Shown one piece after another: positions 30,435-40,280 of a stretch of 64,000 nt of DNA; the stretch's first letter is position 1, and the number at the start of each line of letters is the position of its first letter. Origin of the DNA: Fimbriimonadia bacterium (GTDB lineage: Bacteria; Armatimonadota; Fimbriimonadia; Fimbriimonadales; JABRVX01); the NCBI GenBank assembly GCA_041483895.1, contig JBGPGO010000017.1, forward strand, positions 1 to 64,000, read 5' to 3'. The notes under the pieces were generated by a model. That model had not been told where the DNA came from. It was given only the letters and a program-made list of their open reading frames with translations, and did not search any database. The position numbers were made by a program, and so were the translations under genes.

Positions 30435-33155
30435 ATGGGCCGAATGAAGCAGTCGAAGCACAAGTACAGACCAACCCTCTTCGACAGCATGCCGGTCCCT
30501 GACGATCAGAATGCCTACACGACGGCAAAGCACCTCACGAACGAGGCAAGCGTCGAGCAGTTCTTTGTCGCCCCTTTGCTCAAGGACCTGGGTTTTACGC
30601 AAGGGGACATTAAGCCCAAGACGAGCATTAGCGAACTTACGGTTTCCAAAGGAGCACGCAAGCTCAAATACAAACCGGACTACGTCCTACTCAGCGGCAA
30701 AATGCCAGTTTGCGTTCTGGATGCGAAGTCGCCCAACGAGAAGATTGAAGACTGGATAGAGCAGTGCAGCGGCTATTGCCTCGCTTTGAATCGGACAGTA
30801 ACAGGAGCAAACCCGGTCCAGTATTTCCTGCTCACCAATGGATACCGAACAGCTTTGTACCGCTGGGACGCTGAACAGCCAATTCTTGATCTGAACTTCG
30901 CGGACTTCAACTACGGCAACGCTCGGTTCGATGAACTCCGCTCCCTCGTCGGCCCAGCGGGCCTTAAAGCGGTGCTTGCAGGGTTGGCCCCCCTGCCGAC
31001 CGGCCAGCACGTATTCAACCGCGTGACAGGAGAAAAGGCGAGACAACTCTTCGCCCAGTGCCACAAGGCGATCTGGAAATCCGAGGTGTGCTCGCCCTCA
31101 AAGGCCTTCATGGAGTTCATCAAGCTCATGTTTGTCAAGCTGGCCGAGGATAAGCGGTTGCGGCGGTTGGAAGAAACAAAAGCGGTGTTTGCCGACAACT
31201 CGGCGAAGATTTCCGTACCACGCCAGTACGTGCGGTTCTCCTCTCGCTGGATCGACAGTCGTCTTGAAGACGGGATCACCAACCCTATCAACGACATACT
31301 GTTCCACCAGTTGCGAGATGAGATCGAGAGGGGTATCCAGCTTAAGGAAAAGAAGCGCATCTTCGACACAAACGAGGAAATAGACCTGCGTCCCGATACG
31401 ATCCAGGAAGTAGTCCGAAAGCTCGAGGGCTTTGACCTATTCGGGATTGATGAGGACCTGAACGGGCGGCTCTTTGAGACGTTTCTCAGTGCCACGATGC
31501 GTGGTCGCGACCTCGGGCAATTCTTCACGCCTAGATCGATCGTGAAGATGATGACAAAGCTTGCCGACCTCCACGCTGATCGCAGTCGGCAAGATCGGAT
31601 TCTAGACGGATGTTGCGGCACAGGAGGGTTCTTAATCGAGGCATTGACCGAAATGCGGAACCGAATTAGGGAAAACAATTCATTGTCCGAGAACGAGAGG
31701 GACAACCTTTACGGCATCATCGCAAACCAGTGTCTGTTCGGTGTTGACTACGGCAAAGACCCCCCACTAGCGCGGATCGCACGGATCAACATGTATCTGC
31801 ATGGAGACGGCGGCAGTCGCATTTACTATGCCGACACGTTGGACAAGTCCTTCTCCGAGCCATCTGCCACGCCACACGAACTAGCCCAGAATCTCACCGA
31901 GATACGAGACGAGCTGGAGGACGGCAGCTATTTCGACGCTGTGTTAACTAATCCACCTTTCTCAATGGCGAAGGAAGCGAAGAACCCAGCAGAAAAGAAG
32001 ATCCTTGAACCATACGCCGTGGCCCACGATGGCGCGAAAAAGAGGCTCCGGAGCTCCGTCCGGTCGAGCATTCTATTCATTGAGCGGTACTTCGATCTCT
32101 TGAAGCCGGGCGGCTACTTGATTAGTGTTCTCGATGACACGCTCTTGTCGAGTAGTGATTTCCGCTTTGTCCGAGACTTCATCCGAGAGCACTTCCTTAT
32201 TCGTGGGCTGATCTCGTTGCCTGGTGATGCTTTCCGACGCTCGGGCGCACGCGTCAAGACTTCGGCAGTGATACTTGAGAAGAAGCGTAAAGCAATCGAC
32301 AAGCAAGCCTCCTGCTACGGCTACTTTTCTACGGCGTTGGGTGTCGATGACCTAACGCCTCGCGCCGATAGTCTATCTATCGCACGAGCGCGCGATGCCG
32401 CGACGACCGAGATGGACAAGATCGTTGCTGAGTTTCGGAACTTCATGGCGAAGGGCACGGCACCTCTTGTGTTGCCGCCTAGTCGGTTCGCGGATCGGCT
32501 TGACCTGAAGTTTTGCGCGCCGACGCTGAACCGAAAAAGCACGAACTGGAAGAAGGCAGGCTTTGAGGTGCGACCGCTCTCGAAGGTGCTAAAACTAATC
32601 AATTTGGAATGGACTCCAAGCGACCACCCGGATGAACTGCACCGTCTCCTGAAGGTTACATATAATGGCGACTGCCAAGTGGAGCGTGAGATTCTGGGTA
32701 AGCAGAGCAAGGCGTCAACCTTTTACCGTGTCAAAAAAGGCCAACTTGTGTTCTCTACCATTCGTGCCACGGACGGCGCAGTCGGGATCGTTTCAGCAGA
32801 ATTGGATAGCGCGTTTGTCTCGTCGACAAGCTTCAATGTCTTCGATGTTGGCGATGAAGAGACGACGGCATATGTGTGGTCGGTGTTGCGATCCTTCGAG
32901 GTTCGCGCCGATCTCCAATCGCTTTCTCCAGGCACAAACCGATACACATCCTACTGGCCAGATATTGACATCGTTGAGATACCTTGGCCTGACGCCGCTA
33001 CGCGGAAAAAGATCGCGAAGGCCGCGCTCAAGGTTTTAGAAGCTCGTCGTGCTGTCGGAACGCTCGAGTCTGCCGTTGACGATCTATTGAAACCGCTGGA
33101 TATCAACAGCGAGGACTCCAAGTCTCGATTCAGGGCGTCAAAAGCACCCACCTAA
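30435..33155 (+). CDS. Fused restriction-modification enzyme (HsdR_N-like nuclease, N6-adenine methyltransferase, TRD; type IIG-like)
   Basis: KPDY...DAK nuclease motif, LTNG, GQFFTPR, DGCCGTGGF and NPPF. Confidence 0.9.
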   Translation: MGRMKQSKHKYRPTLFDSMPVPDDQNAYTTAKHLTNEASVEQFFVAPLLKDLGFTQGDIKPKTSISELTVSKGARKLKYKPDYVLLSGKMPVCVLDAKSPNEKIEDWIEQCSGYCLALNRTVTGANPVQYFLLTNGYRTALYRWDAEQPILDLNFADFNYGNARFDELRSLVGPAGLKAVLAGLAPLPTGQHVFNRVTGEKARQLFAQCHKAIWKSEVCSPSKAFMEFIKLMFVKLAEDKRLRRLEETKAVFADNSAKISVPRQYVRFSSRWIDSRLEDGITNPINDILFHQLRDEIERGIQLKEKKRIFDTNEEIDLRPDTIQEVVRKLEGFDLFGIDEDLNGRLFETFLSATMRGRDLGQFFTPRSIVKMMTKLADLHADRSRQDRILDGCCGTGGFLIEALTEMRNRIRENNSLSENERDNLYGIIANQCLFGVDYGKDPPLARIARINMYLHGDGGSRIYYADTLDKSFSEPSATPHELAQNLTEIRDELEDGSYFDAVLTNPPFSMAKEAKNPAEKKILEPYAVAHDGAKKRLRSSVRSSILFIERYFDLLKPGGYLISVLDDTLLSSSDFRFVRDFIREHFLIRGLISLPGDAFRRSGARVKTSAVILEKKRKAIDKQASCYGYFSTALGVDDLTPRADSLSIARARDAATTEMDKIVAEFRNFMAKGTAPLVLPPSRFADRLDLKFCAPTLNRKSTNWKKAGFEVRPLSKVLKLINLEWTPSDHPDELHRLLKVTYNGDCQVEREILGKQSKASTFYRVKKGQLVFSTIRATDGAVGIVSAELDSAFVSSTSFNVFDVGDEETTAYVWSVLRSFEVRADLQSLSPGTNRYTSYWPDIDIVEIPWPDAATRKKIAKAALKVLEARRAVGTLESAVDDLLKPLDINSEDSKSRFRASKAPT

Positions 33156-33232
33156 ATGAGACGGTCGCTAGCCGAAAGAGTAACGGTTGCAAAAAGCCAT
33201 ATCGGCCTTTTCTTTCGTTTGTTCGAAACGTT

Positions 33233-33418
33233 GTGAATGGCGAGATCGAGGATGTGGCCGCTGGTTGCCGCTTCGAGCGGGAAGGCGGGCGGCACTCAAT
33301 TTGGCTCAATCCGGCAAACGGCGCGTCTGCGGCTATTCCGCGGCATACCGAGTTGAAGCGGAACACCGTACGGCAGATTTGCCAAGACCTTGGCGTGGAG
33401 AAACCGCTTGGAATGTAA
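33233..33418 (+). pseudogene. hicA: HicA toxin, N-terminally truncated; start codon supplied by the repeat
   Basis: GCRFEREGGRHSIWLNP...IPRHTEL...ICQDLG; first helix missing. Confidence 0.7.
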
Positions 33419-33419
33419 C

Positions 33420-33641
33420 CTAAAAGACCGGCGCGATGCGCTCGATCAGCGTCTTGGGGCCTTTTGCGCGAAGGGCTTGATCGCGCCGATAGGCGGTCAG
33501 CTCGTGAAGGGCATCCAGGACCATCTCCCGCGCTTCTTCGACCGTCTCGCCTTCGGAGACAGCACCGGGCACCTCCGGAATGAAAGCCGTAAAGCCGCCT
33601 TCTTCCGCAGGTTCAAACACGATGGTGATTTCGCTGTCCAT
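33420..33641 (-). CDS. hicB: HicB family antitoxin
   Basis: EEGGFTAFIPEVPGAVSEGETVEEA; TATAAT 6 nt before ATG. Confidence 0.85.
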   Translation of the reverse strand: MDSEITIVFEPAEEGGFTAFIPEVPGAVSEGETVEEAREMVLDALHELTAYRRDQALRAKGPKTLIERIAPVF

Positions 33642-33772
33642 GAGTCTATTATACGCCGAGGACTCGCAGTCGGCGACTCGAAGGTAGGATTTCTTCGTTA
33701 GTTTGCCTTTTCTTAATTCTGTTCGAAACGTCGTGAATGGCGAGATCGAGGAAGTGGCCCGCCGGTTGCGAA

Positions 33773-34111
33773 TCAGTGAAACGGACGCACCTCGACCGGC
33801 GCCCGACAGGCGACGACGGCCTTGCGTCCCCACTCCACCGCCTCGGCCAGGTCAGCGCATTCCAGCACCCAGAAACCGCCCACGTGCTCCTTGGTCTGAA
33901 GGTACGGTCCGTCGGTGATGAGCACCTCCCCATCGGGCTGCGCCCGTAGCGACTTCGCGTTGCGTGCCGGTTGCAGGCCGTCGGCGGAAATCCTGACACC
34001 GGCAGCCACCATCTCGGCGTTGAGCGCGCAGATATCGCGGACCATCGCTTCGTCCTCTGCGACAGACGGGTCGTAATCGTCTGGGTGGTGAATTGCAACC
34101 AAATACTTCAT
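33773..34111 (-). CDS. YciI/DGPF family protein
   Basis: ITDGPYLQTKEHVGGFW and EVRPF motifs. Confidence 0.85.
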   Translation of the reverse strand: MKYLVAIHHPDDYDPSVAEDEAMVRDICALNAEMVAAGVRISADGLQPARNAKSLRAQPDGEVLITDGPYLQTKEHVGGFWVLECADLAEAVEWGRKAVVACRAPVEVRPFH

Positions 34112-34174
34112 GACTTCCCCTTTAACGGTCTTCGGGCGGGCCGGTTGCCCTGCCTTCACGTTATAGTGGCACGG

Positions 34175-34504
34175 CTACGACAAATTGTCCAAGAATTCCT
34201 CCGGCCGCTCGACGAGCCCGGGGCGGACCGGATTCTCGTGGATGTAGTCCAGCTTCTGCCAGAACACCAGGATGTTCCTAAAGCCCACGATCTCGTGGAT
34301 ATCGGGAAGCCGGCCCGCCACTTCCGGAGCGCCATTCTTGAGCTGAGTGGCCGCCTCGCCGACGACGAAGAGCTTGCGCTCTACCATGGCGCGGAGGCCC
34401 TTGTCCTTCAGATAGTCTTCTTGGGTTTTGCCTTCGAGAAACTCCAGAGCGTCACGCCCGTTCGTCAGGATGTCCTCAAGCCAAAGTCCAGGGTCACGGC
34501 GCAT
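34175..34504 (-). pseudogene. HepT/DUF86 HEPN toxin truncated at its RxxxxH motif and fused to a RAYT transposase fragment
   Basis: ERKLFVVGEAA...IVGFRNILV followed by FWQKLDYIHENPVRPGLVERPEE. Confidence 0.7.
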
Positions 34505-34793
34505 AGAGGGTCACTGCGCCGGCTTCGGCGCTGCGGCGGAGCCTGGAGTTCTCGAGCAGGTCCACCTTGCGCCCAAAGAGCTTCTGCATGTCTTCGAGCA
34601 GCCCGAAGTATTGCTTTCCCAGCCTCATGCTAGCGGGAGGCGCGTCGAACTCAACCAGAAAATCGAGGTCGCTGCGTTTCGGGTCGAACTCATCGCCGGC
34701 GGCAGACCCGAACAGTCTCAAACGCCGCACCGCGTATTGGCGGCACAGCGATTCCAGCTTCTTCCGGGTCTCCAGGCTCACCTCGAACGGCAT
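34494..34793 (-). CDS. MNT minimal nucleotidyltransferase (MntA-like antitoxin)
   Basis: LFGSA...SDLDFLVEF and FGRKVDL motifs. Confidence 0.88.
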   Translation of the reverse strand: MPFEVSLETRKKLESLCRQYAVRRLRLFGSAAGDEFDPKRSDLDFLVEFDAPPASMRLGKQYFGLLEDMQKLFGRKVDLLENSRLRRSAEAGAVTLYAP

Positions 34794-34867
34794 GATCGTT
34801 ATTGTAGCCCAGCGTCAGTCCGCATGAAACACTTCTTCCATCGGCGCTCGCCATGGCTGTTCCAAAC

Positions 34868-35989
34868 CTAATACCCACACTCCCTGGCCGCATCCCCAAA
34901 CACCCTCAGATTCTCCACGGGTGTGTCGAAGAAGTGGTCCGAGGCGGACATGATGTAGCCCCCGTCCCGGCCGAAACCCTCGAACAGGCGGTGCACCTCA
35001 CTCCGGATCTGCTCGTGCGTGCCCGTGGTCAGCACGTTGAACTGATCCATGCCGCCGATCATCGCCATCCGCCCGGCATAAAAATCGCGGACACGAGAAG
35101 GCTCGGCGATGTTGCCCCCGACCCCGGGCGGCGACAAGGTCTCCGACGCGTCGGCCTCGTTCTCGACGATCTGATCGAGGATGTGCATCATGCCTCCGCA
35201 CGTGTGGTAGGCGGCGATGTGGCCGGCCGCGTGAAGCGCGCGGTGCATCTCGCGGTCGTACGGCAGGCAGAACTCGCGGTGAAAGCCGGGCGAGATCACG
35301 GTGTCGCTGCCCGCGCCGCCCCCCGTCTCGATAATGTCGAACCGCGCGCCCACGAGCGACTCCTCGATGAACCGCAGCTTCTTGTTCAGCAGCGCCTTCA
35401 GCAGGCTGTGCAGCCACGCGGGGTCGTCGATCCCGGCGAGCACCATGTCCTCAAGGTTCATCAGGCAGCATGCGTGCTGCCAGCATCCGGCCTGGTCGCC
35501 CCAGACGAAGCCGCGCAGGATCCCCGCGTCTCCTACCCGGTCGTACTCCTTTTGGATCGCGTCTTTGCTCAGGCGCGAGACGGGCATGTACTGGTCGATC
35601 AGCTCGACGTCCTCGGGCCGCTTGATGAGGTACTCGGTGATCCAGGTGGTGCGGTCGTTCGCCTCGGTCTTGTAGGTCAGGGCGCCCCCCGGCGTGCTGA
35701 CGGTGTGGTGCACCACGCGGTGGAGGGGGTCGGAATCCACCAGTTCCGCCTCGTCCCGCCAATCGGGCATGGACGCCACGAACCTCTCCGCGTCGGTGAT
35801 CCAGAACTGGCCCATGGCCTCGAAGTACTGGATCGAGGCGTCGAGGCCGCAGACCTTGAAGGCGTCGAGGGGGTCCGCGCCGCCCATGAAGGTGTCGAGG
35901 TGGTATTGCTGCCACTGGTGGATCGTCGCCGGCAGGCGGTCGGGCTTTTCCCGGTGAAGGGCGGCGAGCATGCGGTCTTTGCTGGTCAT
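34868..35989 (-). CDS. Uroporphyrinogen decarboxylase family (MtaA/CmuA-like) protein
   Basis: MTSKDRMLAAL..EKPDRLP, YHTCG, GGYIMS and DTPVEN motifs. Confidence 0.85.
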   Translation of the reverse strand: MTSKDRMLAALHREKPDRLPATIHQWQQYHLDTFMGGADPLDAFKVCGLDASIQYFEAMGQFWITDAERFVASMPDWRDEAELVDSDPLHRVVHHTVSTPGGALTYKTEANDRTTWITEYLIKRPEDVELIDQYMPVSRLSKDAIQKEYDRVGDAGILRGFVWGDQAGCWQHACCLMNLEDMVLAGIDDPAWLHSLLKALLNKKLRFIEESLVGARFDIIETGGGAGSDTVISPGFHREFCLPYDREMHRALHAAGHIAAYHTCGGMMHILDQIVENEADASETLSPPGVGGNIAEPSRVRDFYAGRMAMIGGMDQFNVLTTGTHEQIRSEVHRLFEGFGRDGGYIMSASDHFFDTPVENLRVFGDAARECGY

Positions 35990-36138
35990 GTTGCCTCGGG
36001 GTATGAGTACAGACTTCGACGCCGCGAGACCCCAATCCTCTTGGCTCTTCTCCATCGCTCACCTTGCGTGGGCTCCGCTCAGGACAAGCTCTAACCCTCC
36101 CTCGCAAGCGGGGGAGGGGATTATCGCCGAATTCATTA

Positions 36139-36165
36139 TCCCTTCACAGTCGCACTGTGAAGGGA
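36139..36165 (-). terminator. Hairpin downstream of rnpB
   Basis: tcccttcacagt-cgc-actgtgaaggga perfect stem. Confidence 0.65.
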
Positions 36166-36171
36166 GATTCT

Positions 36172-36591
36172 GGGGAGTTGGCCTGTAAGCCGGGTTCTGT
36201 ATTTGTGCGGCGATCTATCTGGGACCCATGTCGCCATGGGCCTCAAGCAGCCTACCCGGAGGGTCAGCGGGCCGCTTCATCCCCTCCCTATTTGGCCTTG
36301 CTCCTGGCGGGGTTTGCACGGCTGCCTTGTTGCCAAGACACCGGTGAGCTCTTACCTCACCATTTCACCCTTACCCCCTGCCCGGATGATCCGAGAACCC
36401 CCACCCTAGCCCTCCCCCTTGCTCGTTCCTCGCAAGAGGGAGGGGATCTGGGACCATTCGGGCAAGGGGCGGTATGTTTCTGTTGCACTTTCCGTCGAGT
36501 CGCCTCGCCCGGGTGTTACCCGGCGCCATGCCCTGTGGAGCCCGGACTTTCCTCCCCGGCCGAAACCAGAGCCACCGCCCGGCCAACTCCC
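36172..36591 (-). ncRNA. rnpB: RNase P RNA, class A
   Basis: Minus strand carries GAGGAAAGUCCGGGCUC, AGUGCAACAGAAA, GGGUGAAAUGG, GUAAGAGC, GGAGCAAG and ACAGAACCCGGCUUA; complementary P1 ends; TAGAAT upstream. Confidence 0.97.
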
Positions 36592-36828
36592 TCCCCTATT
36601 CTACGTTGTCAGTGCCAAAGATAAGAAATACACTTTTTTTCGTCGGAAAGGTAGCTTACTGGGTTAGCAATCGGGTACATAAGCCGCGTACCGAAAAGCT
36701 CGGTCTATCAGGGACGGCAAAGTTCCAAGTGATCCGCCCGCCAAGAGGCTGGGTGGACATGCGTACCGGCGATGTCTCGTCTCGGAGATGCGAGGCATCG
36801 ACTTATTACTATTGGAGATGCAGCTAAA

Positions 36829-37521
36829 ATGAGAACCAGAACACCGGCTGTTCCGTTCTGGGAATCGCTTGAGATCGACGAGCGACGCCTTCTCGAAGGC
36901 GCCGGCCGCGTCAGCAACATCGAGAGGCGAACACTTCTTTACTCGCCCGGAGATCCCAGCGAATCCATCTATATCGTCAAATCCGGCCTCGTTCGACTCG
37001 TCCGCTCGGTCCAAAAGGGCCGAGAATTGACCCTCGCTCTCTGCGAGAAGGGTCATCTGTTCGGAGAGTCGCCTCTGTTTGAGGAAGGCCCCCGCACTCA
37101 CTATGCCGAGGCGCTGCTGGACAGCGAAATCCTCGAAATCCCGGTTGCAAAGTGCCGCGCTTTGATCAGCAGCACGCCCGGTCTTTCGATGAAGTTCACT
37201 GCGGCGGTTTGGAACCGGAGAGCGGAGACCGACCAGCGCATCGAGGATGTAATCTTCCGAGATGTCCCCGCCCGCCTTGCCCGCTCGCTCATCTGGCTTT
37301 CCGAGAAATACGGAGAGACCAATGGGAAAGGTACCGTCGGCATCGGCCTTCGACTGACCCACCAGGAGCTTGCGAGCATCGTCGGCACCACGCGCGAAAC
37401 CACAACGCTTGTCCTCAACAAGTTCAAGCGCGAAGGTCTGATCGGTTCCTCTGGCAGGAGCCTGTTCATCAAGAAGCCCGATAACCTTCGCCACATGGGC
37501 GATTCACCGGGACGAAGATAG
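36829..37521 (+). CDS. Crp/Fnr family transcriptional regulator
   Basis: IYIVKSGLV, FGE and LTHQELASIVGTTRET HTH. Confidence 0.9.
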   Translation: MRTRTPAVPFWESLEIDERRLLEGAGRVSNIERRTLLYSPGDPSESIYIVKSGLVRLVRSVQKGRELTLALCEKGHLFGESPLFEEGPRTHYAEALLDSEILEIPVAKCRALISSTPGLSMKFTAAVWNRRAETDQRIEDVIFRDVPARLARSLIWLSEKYGETNGKGTVGIGLRLTHQELASIVGTTRETTTLVLNKFKREGLIGSSGRSLFIKKPDNLRHMGDSPGRR

Positions 37522-38343
37522 CGACCATTGGAGGCTGCGGCCATCGGTGACAAACCGAATCGATCCGTCTGTATCTGTTCGCAGAATATGGATGCTTCGA
37601 TGCCGCAGCCTCTCCATCACTTCCGCGCTGGGGTGGCCGAACTGGTTCCCTCGTCCGCAACTGATCACGGCGAATGTCGGCGCTACCTTGTCCAGCCATT
37701 CTTCTGTCGATGCTGTATCGCTTCCATGATGGCCGACCTTTAGCACGTCCGCTCGGATGTCTCGTCCCGTCGCGAGGATTCTCTCTTCTGCCAACGCTCC
37801 AGCGTCCCCGGTAAACAGAAACCGTCGCTCCCCAAACCGCACTCGCACGATGACCGACGTGTCATTCATCTCTTCCACCGGATCGCTAGTCGGTGATAGC
37901 ACCTCGATCTGCGTTCCATCGGACAGATCGATCTCTTGTCCGCGATAGGCCTGTTTCAGACGCATCCCGTTGGTTCGCTCCCTGCGGCTCAGATCGCACT
38001 CGATGCCATTGAACAGCACGAGCTGGACGGGGACCGCGGCGATGAGCTGCTCCGCCCCTCCAATGTGATCGGCCTCGGGATGCGTCCAGATGAACAGATC
38101 CACACGGAGGACGCCAATTTCGCGGAGCGCCTGGAGAATGATGGCGGAGCTGCTCCGGCCTTCCTCGAATTTCGGGCCGGCGTCGATGACGATGATCGCT
38201 CCGCCCGGCGTTTTGACCACTGCCGCGTCCCCTTGCCCCACGTCGAGAAACCGGACCTGCAGCTCCGGATTGGCGGCAGGCCAAAGGAGCGCGGCGACCG
38301 AAGCGCCCCATATCCCGACCGCGCCGAGCTTAAGCCACTTCAC
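37504..38343 (-). CDS. ComEC metallo-beta-lactamase domain protein
   Basis: LDVGQGD, THPEADHIGG, FTGD and KVGHHGS motifs. Confidence 0.9.
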   Translation of the reverse strand: MKWLKLGAVGIWGASVAALLWPAANPELQVRFLDVGQGDAAVVKTPGGAIIVIDAGPKFEEGRSSSAIILQALREIGVLRVDLFIWTHPEADHIGGAEQLIAAVPVQLVLFNGIECDLSRRERTNGMRLKQAYRGQEIDLSDGTQIEVLSPTSDPVEEMNDTSVIVRVRFGERRFLFTGDAGALAEERILATGRDIRADVLKVGHHGSDTASTEEWLDKVAPTFAVISCGRGNQFGHPSAEVMERLRHRSIHILRTDTDGSIRFVTDGRSLQWSLSSSR

Positions 38344-39772
38344 GCTTCGGCTCCCGAGCCAGACCGATGAAGAGCAGGTAGTACGGCGCCAGCCAGATGG
38401 GGCTGAACAGCGGGACCAACACGCTGGACCAAGAGAGTCCGCCGATGGTAGAGCTCACGGCGGCAATCCAATTCGCGCAAGGAGCCGCAATTCCCGCGAG
38501 CCAAAGCGGCTGCCATCCCGGCACGAACGCCAACATAGGCCCGATAAGACCCGCGATGAGACAGGGCGCAACGAATGGCGCGCAGAGCAGATCGCCAATC
38601 ACAGACAGTGTCGGCACGCGACCGAAGTGGTAGGCGATGAGGGGGCCGCTGGCCAACGTCGCGACGAAGGTGGTTGCGGCCGCCGTGGCGACCCAACGCA
38701 GGACCTGTCCGGAAAGACGGTCGTGCGACGATGGGATTCTTTGTCCCAGCCAACGATTGATGGCGGGCATCCAGAGGATGAGGCCCCCGGCGGCAAAATA
38801 CGAGAGTTGAAAGCCCGCATCCATCACTGCGGACGGATCGGTCAATACCTGATAGATTCCGCCTGCGCCGAGGGCGGTCAGTGCGTCGGAGGGCCTCCGG
38901 ACGATGGGCGCCGCGACGTATATGATCATCGCTACCGTCGCGCGCATGACCGCGGGGGCCGCGCCCGCAGCCAACGCATAGGCGATAAGAATAAGTATGC
39001 AGGCGAAAACCGATGCAAATCGTGGCAGAGGCAACAGAGAGAATATCCAGTTCACCAGGATTCCAAGAATGGCCACGTTCAGACCGGATGCCGCAAGAAG
39101 ATGATAGACGCCCGTCCGTTTCATGTTGTCGCGAATCGCCATCGGGACCGATCCTGGGTCGCCGAAAACGATGGCGGTCGTCATCTTGGCGGCCTGCGGA
39201 TCCATGGAGCGGCGATAGGCCGTCTCCATCTGCGAACGAACTCGATAGACAAGGGCGCGGGACGGAGTGTCGGAAGGCGCTCTGAGGTGGACGCTAAATG
39301 CCGTTACGTTTGCGTAAACTTGAAGCCGGCGGCCGTACGCGGGCTCAACCGGATTGACTCTCCCACGAATCTCAATCCGATCGCCGGGTCCAAAACTGCT
39401 GCCCCTCGGCAATGTGACCATGATGTCCGCTTCCACCGGCTCACTGTTTTGGGTTTCGAGATGAACCTTCCACCGGTTGGCGCCGACAGGCCAATCCAAC
39501 CGGCCTTCCAAAACCGACGCTTCGTTCACGGTATCGAATCGCACCGGTGAGTCCAGTGTGAATGCCTGTTGTTGGCCACTGGCAAGTCCCCCCGCGCCCG
39601 CCGCCAGCGCGCATAGCGTCATCGGCCACCACGCGCGCCATAGGCCCGCAACGGCAGCCAGTCCGGCCAAGAGGAAAAGGGAGATGTTCCCGCACAGAAT
39701 GAATGCCGCCGACCCGGCGACGAGGGCGAGGGAGACCTGAAGGAGCGGGCGCGGCCTGATCGTCTCAAACAT
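38330..39772 (-). CDS. comEC: ComEC/Rec2 membrane competence domain
   Basis: TGVYHLLAASGLNV, PAVMRA and GFQLSY motifs; many TM helices. Confidence 0.88.
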   Translation of the reverse strand: MFETIRPRPLLQVSLALVAGSAAFILCGNISLFLLAGLAAVAGLWRAWWPMTLCALAAGAGGLASGQQQAFTLDSPVRFDTVNEASVLEGRLDWPVGANRWKVHLETQNSEPVEADIMVTLPRGSSFGPGDRIEIRGRVNPVEPAYGRRLQVYANVTAFSVHLRAPSDTPSRALVYRVRSQMETAYRRSMDPQAAKMTTAIVFGDPGSVPMAIRDNMKRTGVYHLLAASGLNVAILGILVNWIFSLLPLPRFASVFACILILIAYALAAGAAPAVMRATVAMIIYVAAPIVRRPSDALTALGAGGIYQVLTDPSAVMDAGFQLSYFAAGGLILWMPAINRWLGQRIPSSHDRLSGQVLRWVATAAATTFVATLASGPLIAYHFGRVPTLSVIGDLLCAPFVAPCLIAGLIGPMLAFVPGWQPLWLAGIAAPCANWIAAVSSTIGGLSWSSVLVPLFSPIWLAPYYLLFIGLAREPKREVA

Positions 39773-40280
39773 TGGGAGTGAATCGGCATGCCGGGCAGAG
39801 GTCCGCTCCGGTTGCGTAGCGCGAGCCGCACCGAGGACAGGTTTTGTACCGCTCGTCCGCAGCCCTCCTGGCGTTGGATTCTTTCACGGACTTTTCTATG
39901 GCCGCAAAGAGCTCCGTCAAGGTTTCGTACCGGTTTCTTTTGTGAGGGCGGACATGTTGGACTTCCGTCTCTTTCTCCTTCGGGGCTAGCTCGCCGATGA
40001 AGGTGCGGATGTCCCGAACGATCTCTTTGCCGATCGCCTCGTTGATTTTCACGCGGATCTGTTCGCGGCGAAGGCTGATCTCCTGGTTCCAAGCGCTGTC
40101 GGTCACGGCGACCCAGAGCGTGTCCCCTCGCATCTCCGTAGCCCTCGAGACGCGGGCAAGATGCTCACCGACCGCCACATCCCATTGGGCGATGGCCGAC
40201 TGCATCAGGAGCGGCCGCTCCCATCCGAGACGACGGACCACGCGCACAAGCGCCGAACCGGTTTGAATCAGATTGCTCAT
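39765..40280 (-). CDS. dciA: DciA/DUF721 protein with C-terminal Zn ribbon
   Basis: W..AVGEHLA, LWVAVTDSAWNQE, CPRC..CPAC; follows recF. Confidence 0.8.
   Translation of the reverse strand: MSNLIQTGSALVRVVRRLGWERPLLMQSAIAQWDVAVGEHLARVSRATEMRGDTLWVAVTDSAWNQEISLRREQIRVKINEAIGKEIVRDIRTFIGELAPKEKETEVQHVRPHKRNRYETLTELFAAIEKSVKESNARRAADERYKTCPRCGSRYATGADLCPACRFTPNV

Larger units (their letters stand above)
33205..33759 (+). repeat. Imperfect 55-bp direct repeats (33205-33259, 33705-33759) flanking hicA/hicB
   Basis: gccttttctt...gttcgaaacgt.gtgaatggcgagatcgagga.gtggcc, 49/55 identical, exactly 500 bp apart. Confidence 0.85.

Noticed and set aside
36064..36667. ORFs over 36.1-36.6 kb
   Set aside because: The region is RNase P RNA
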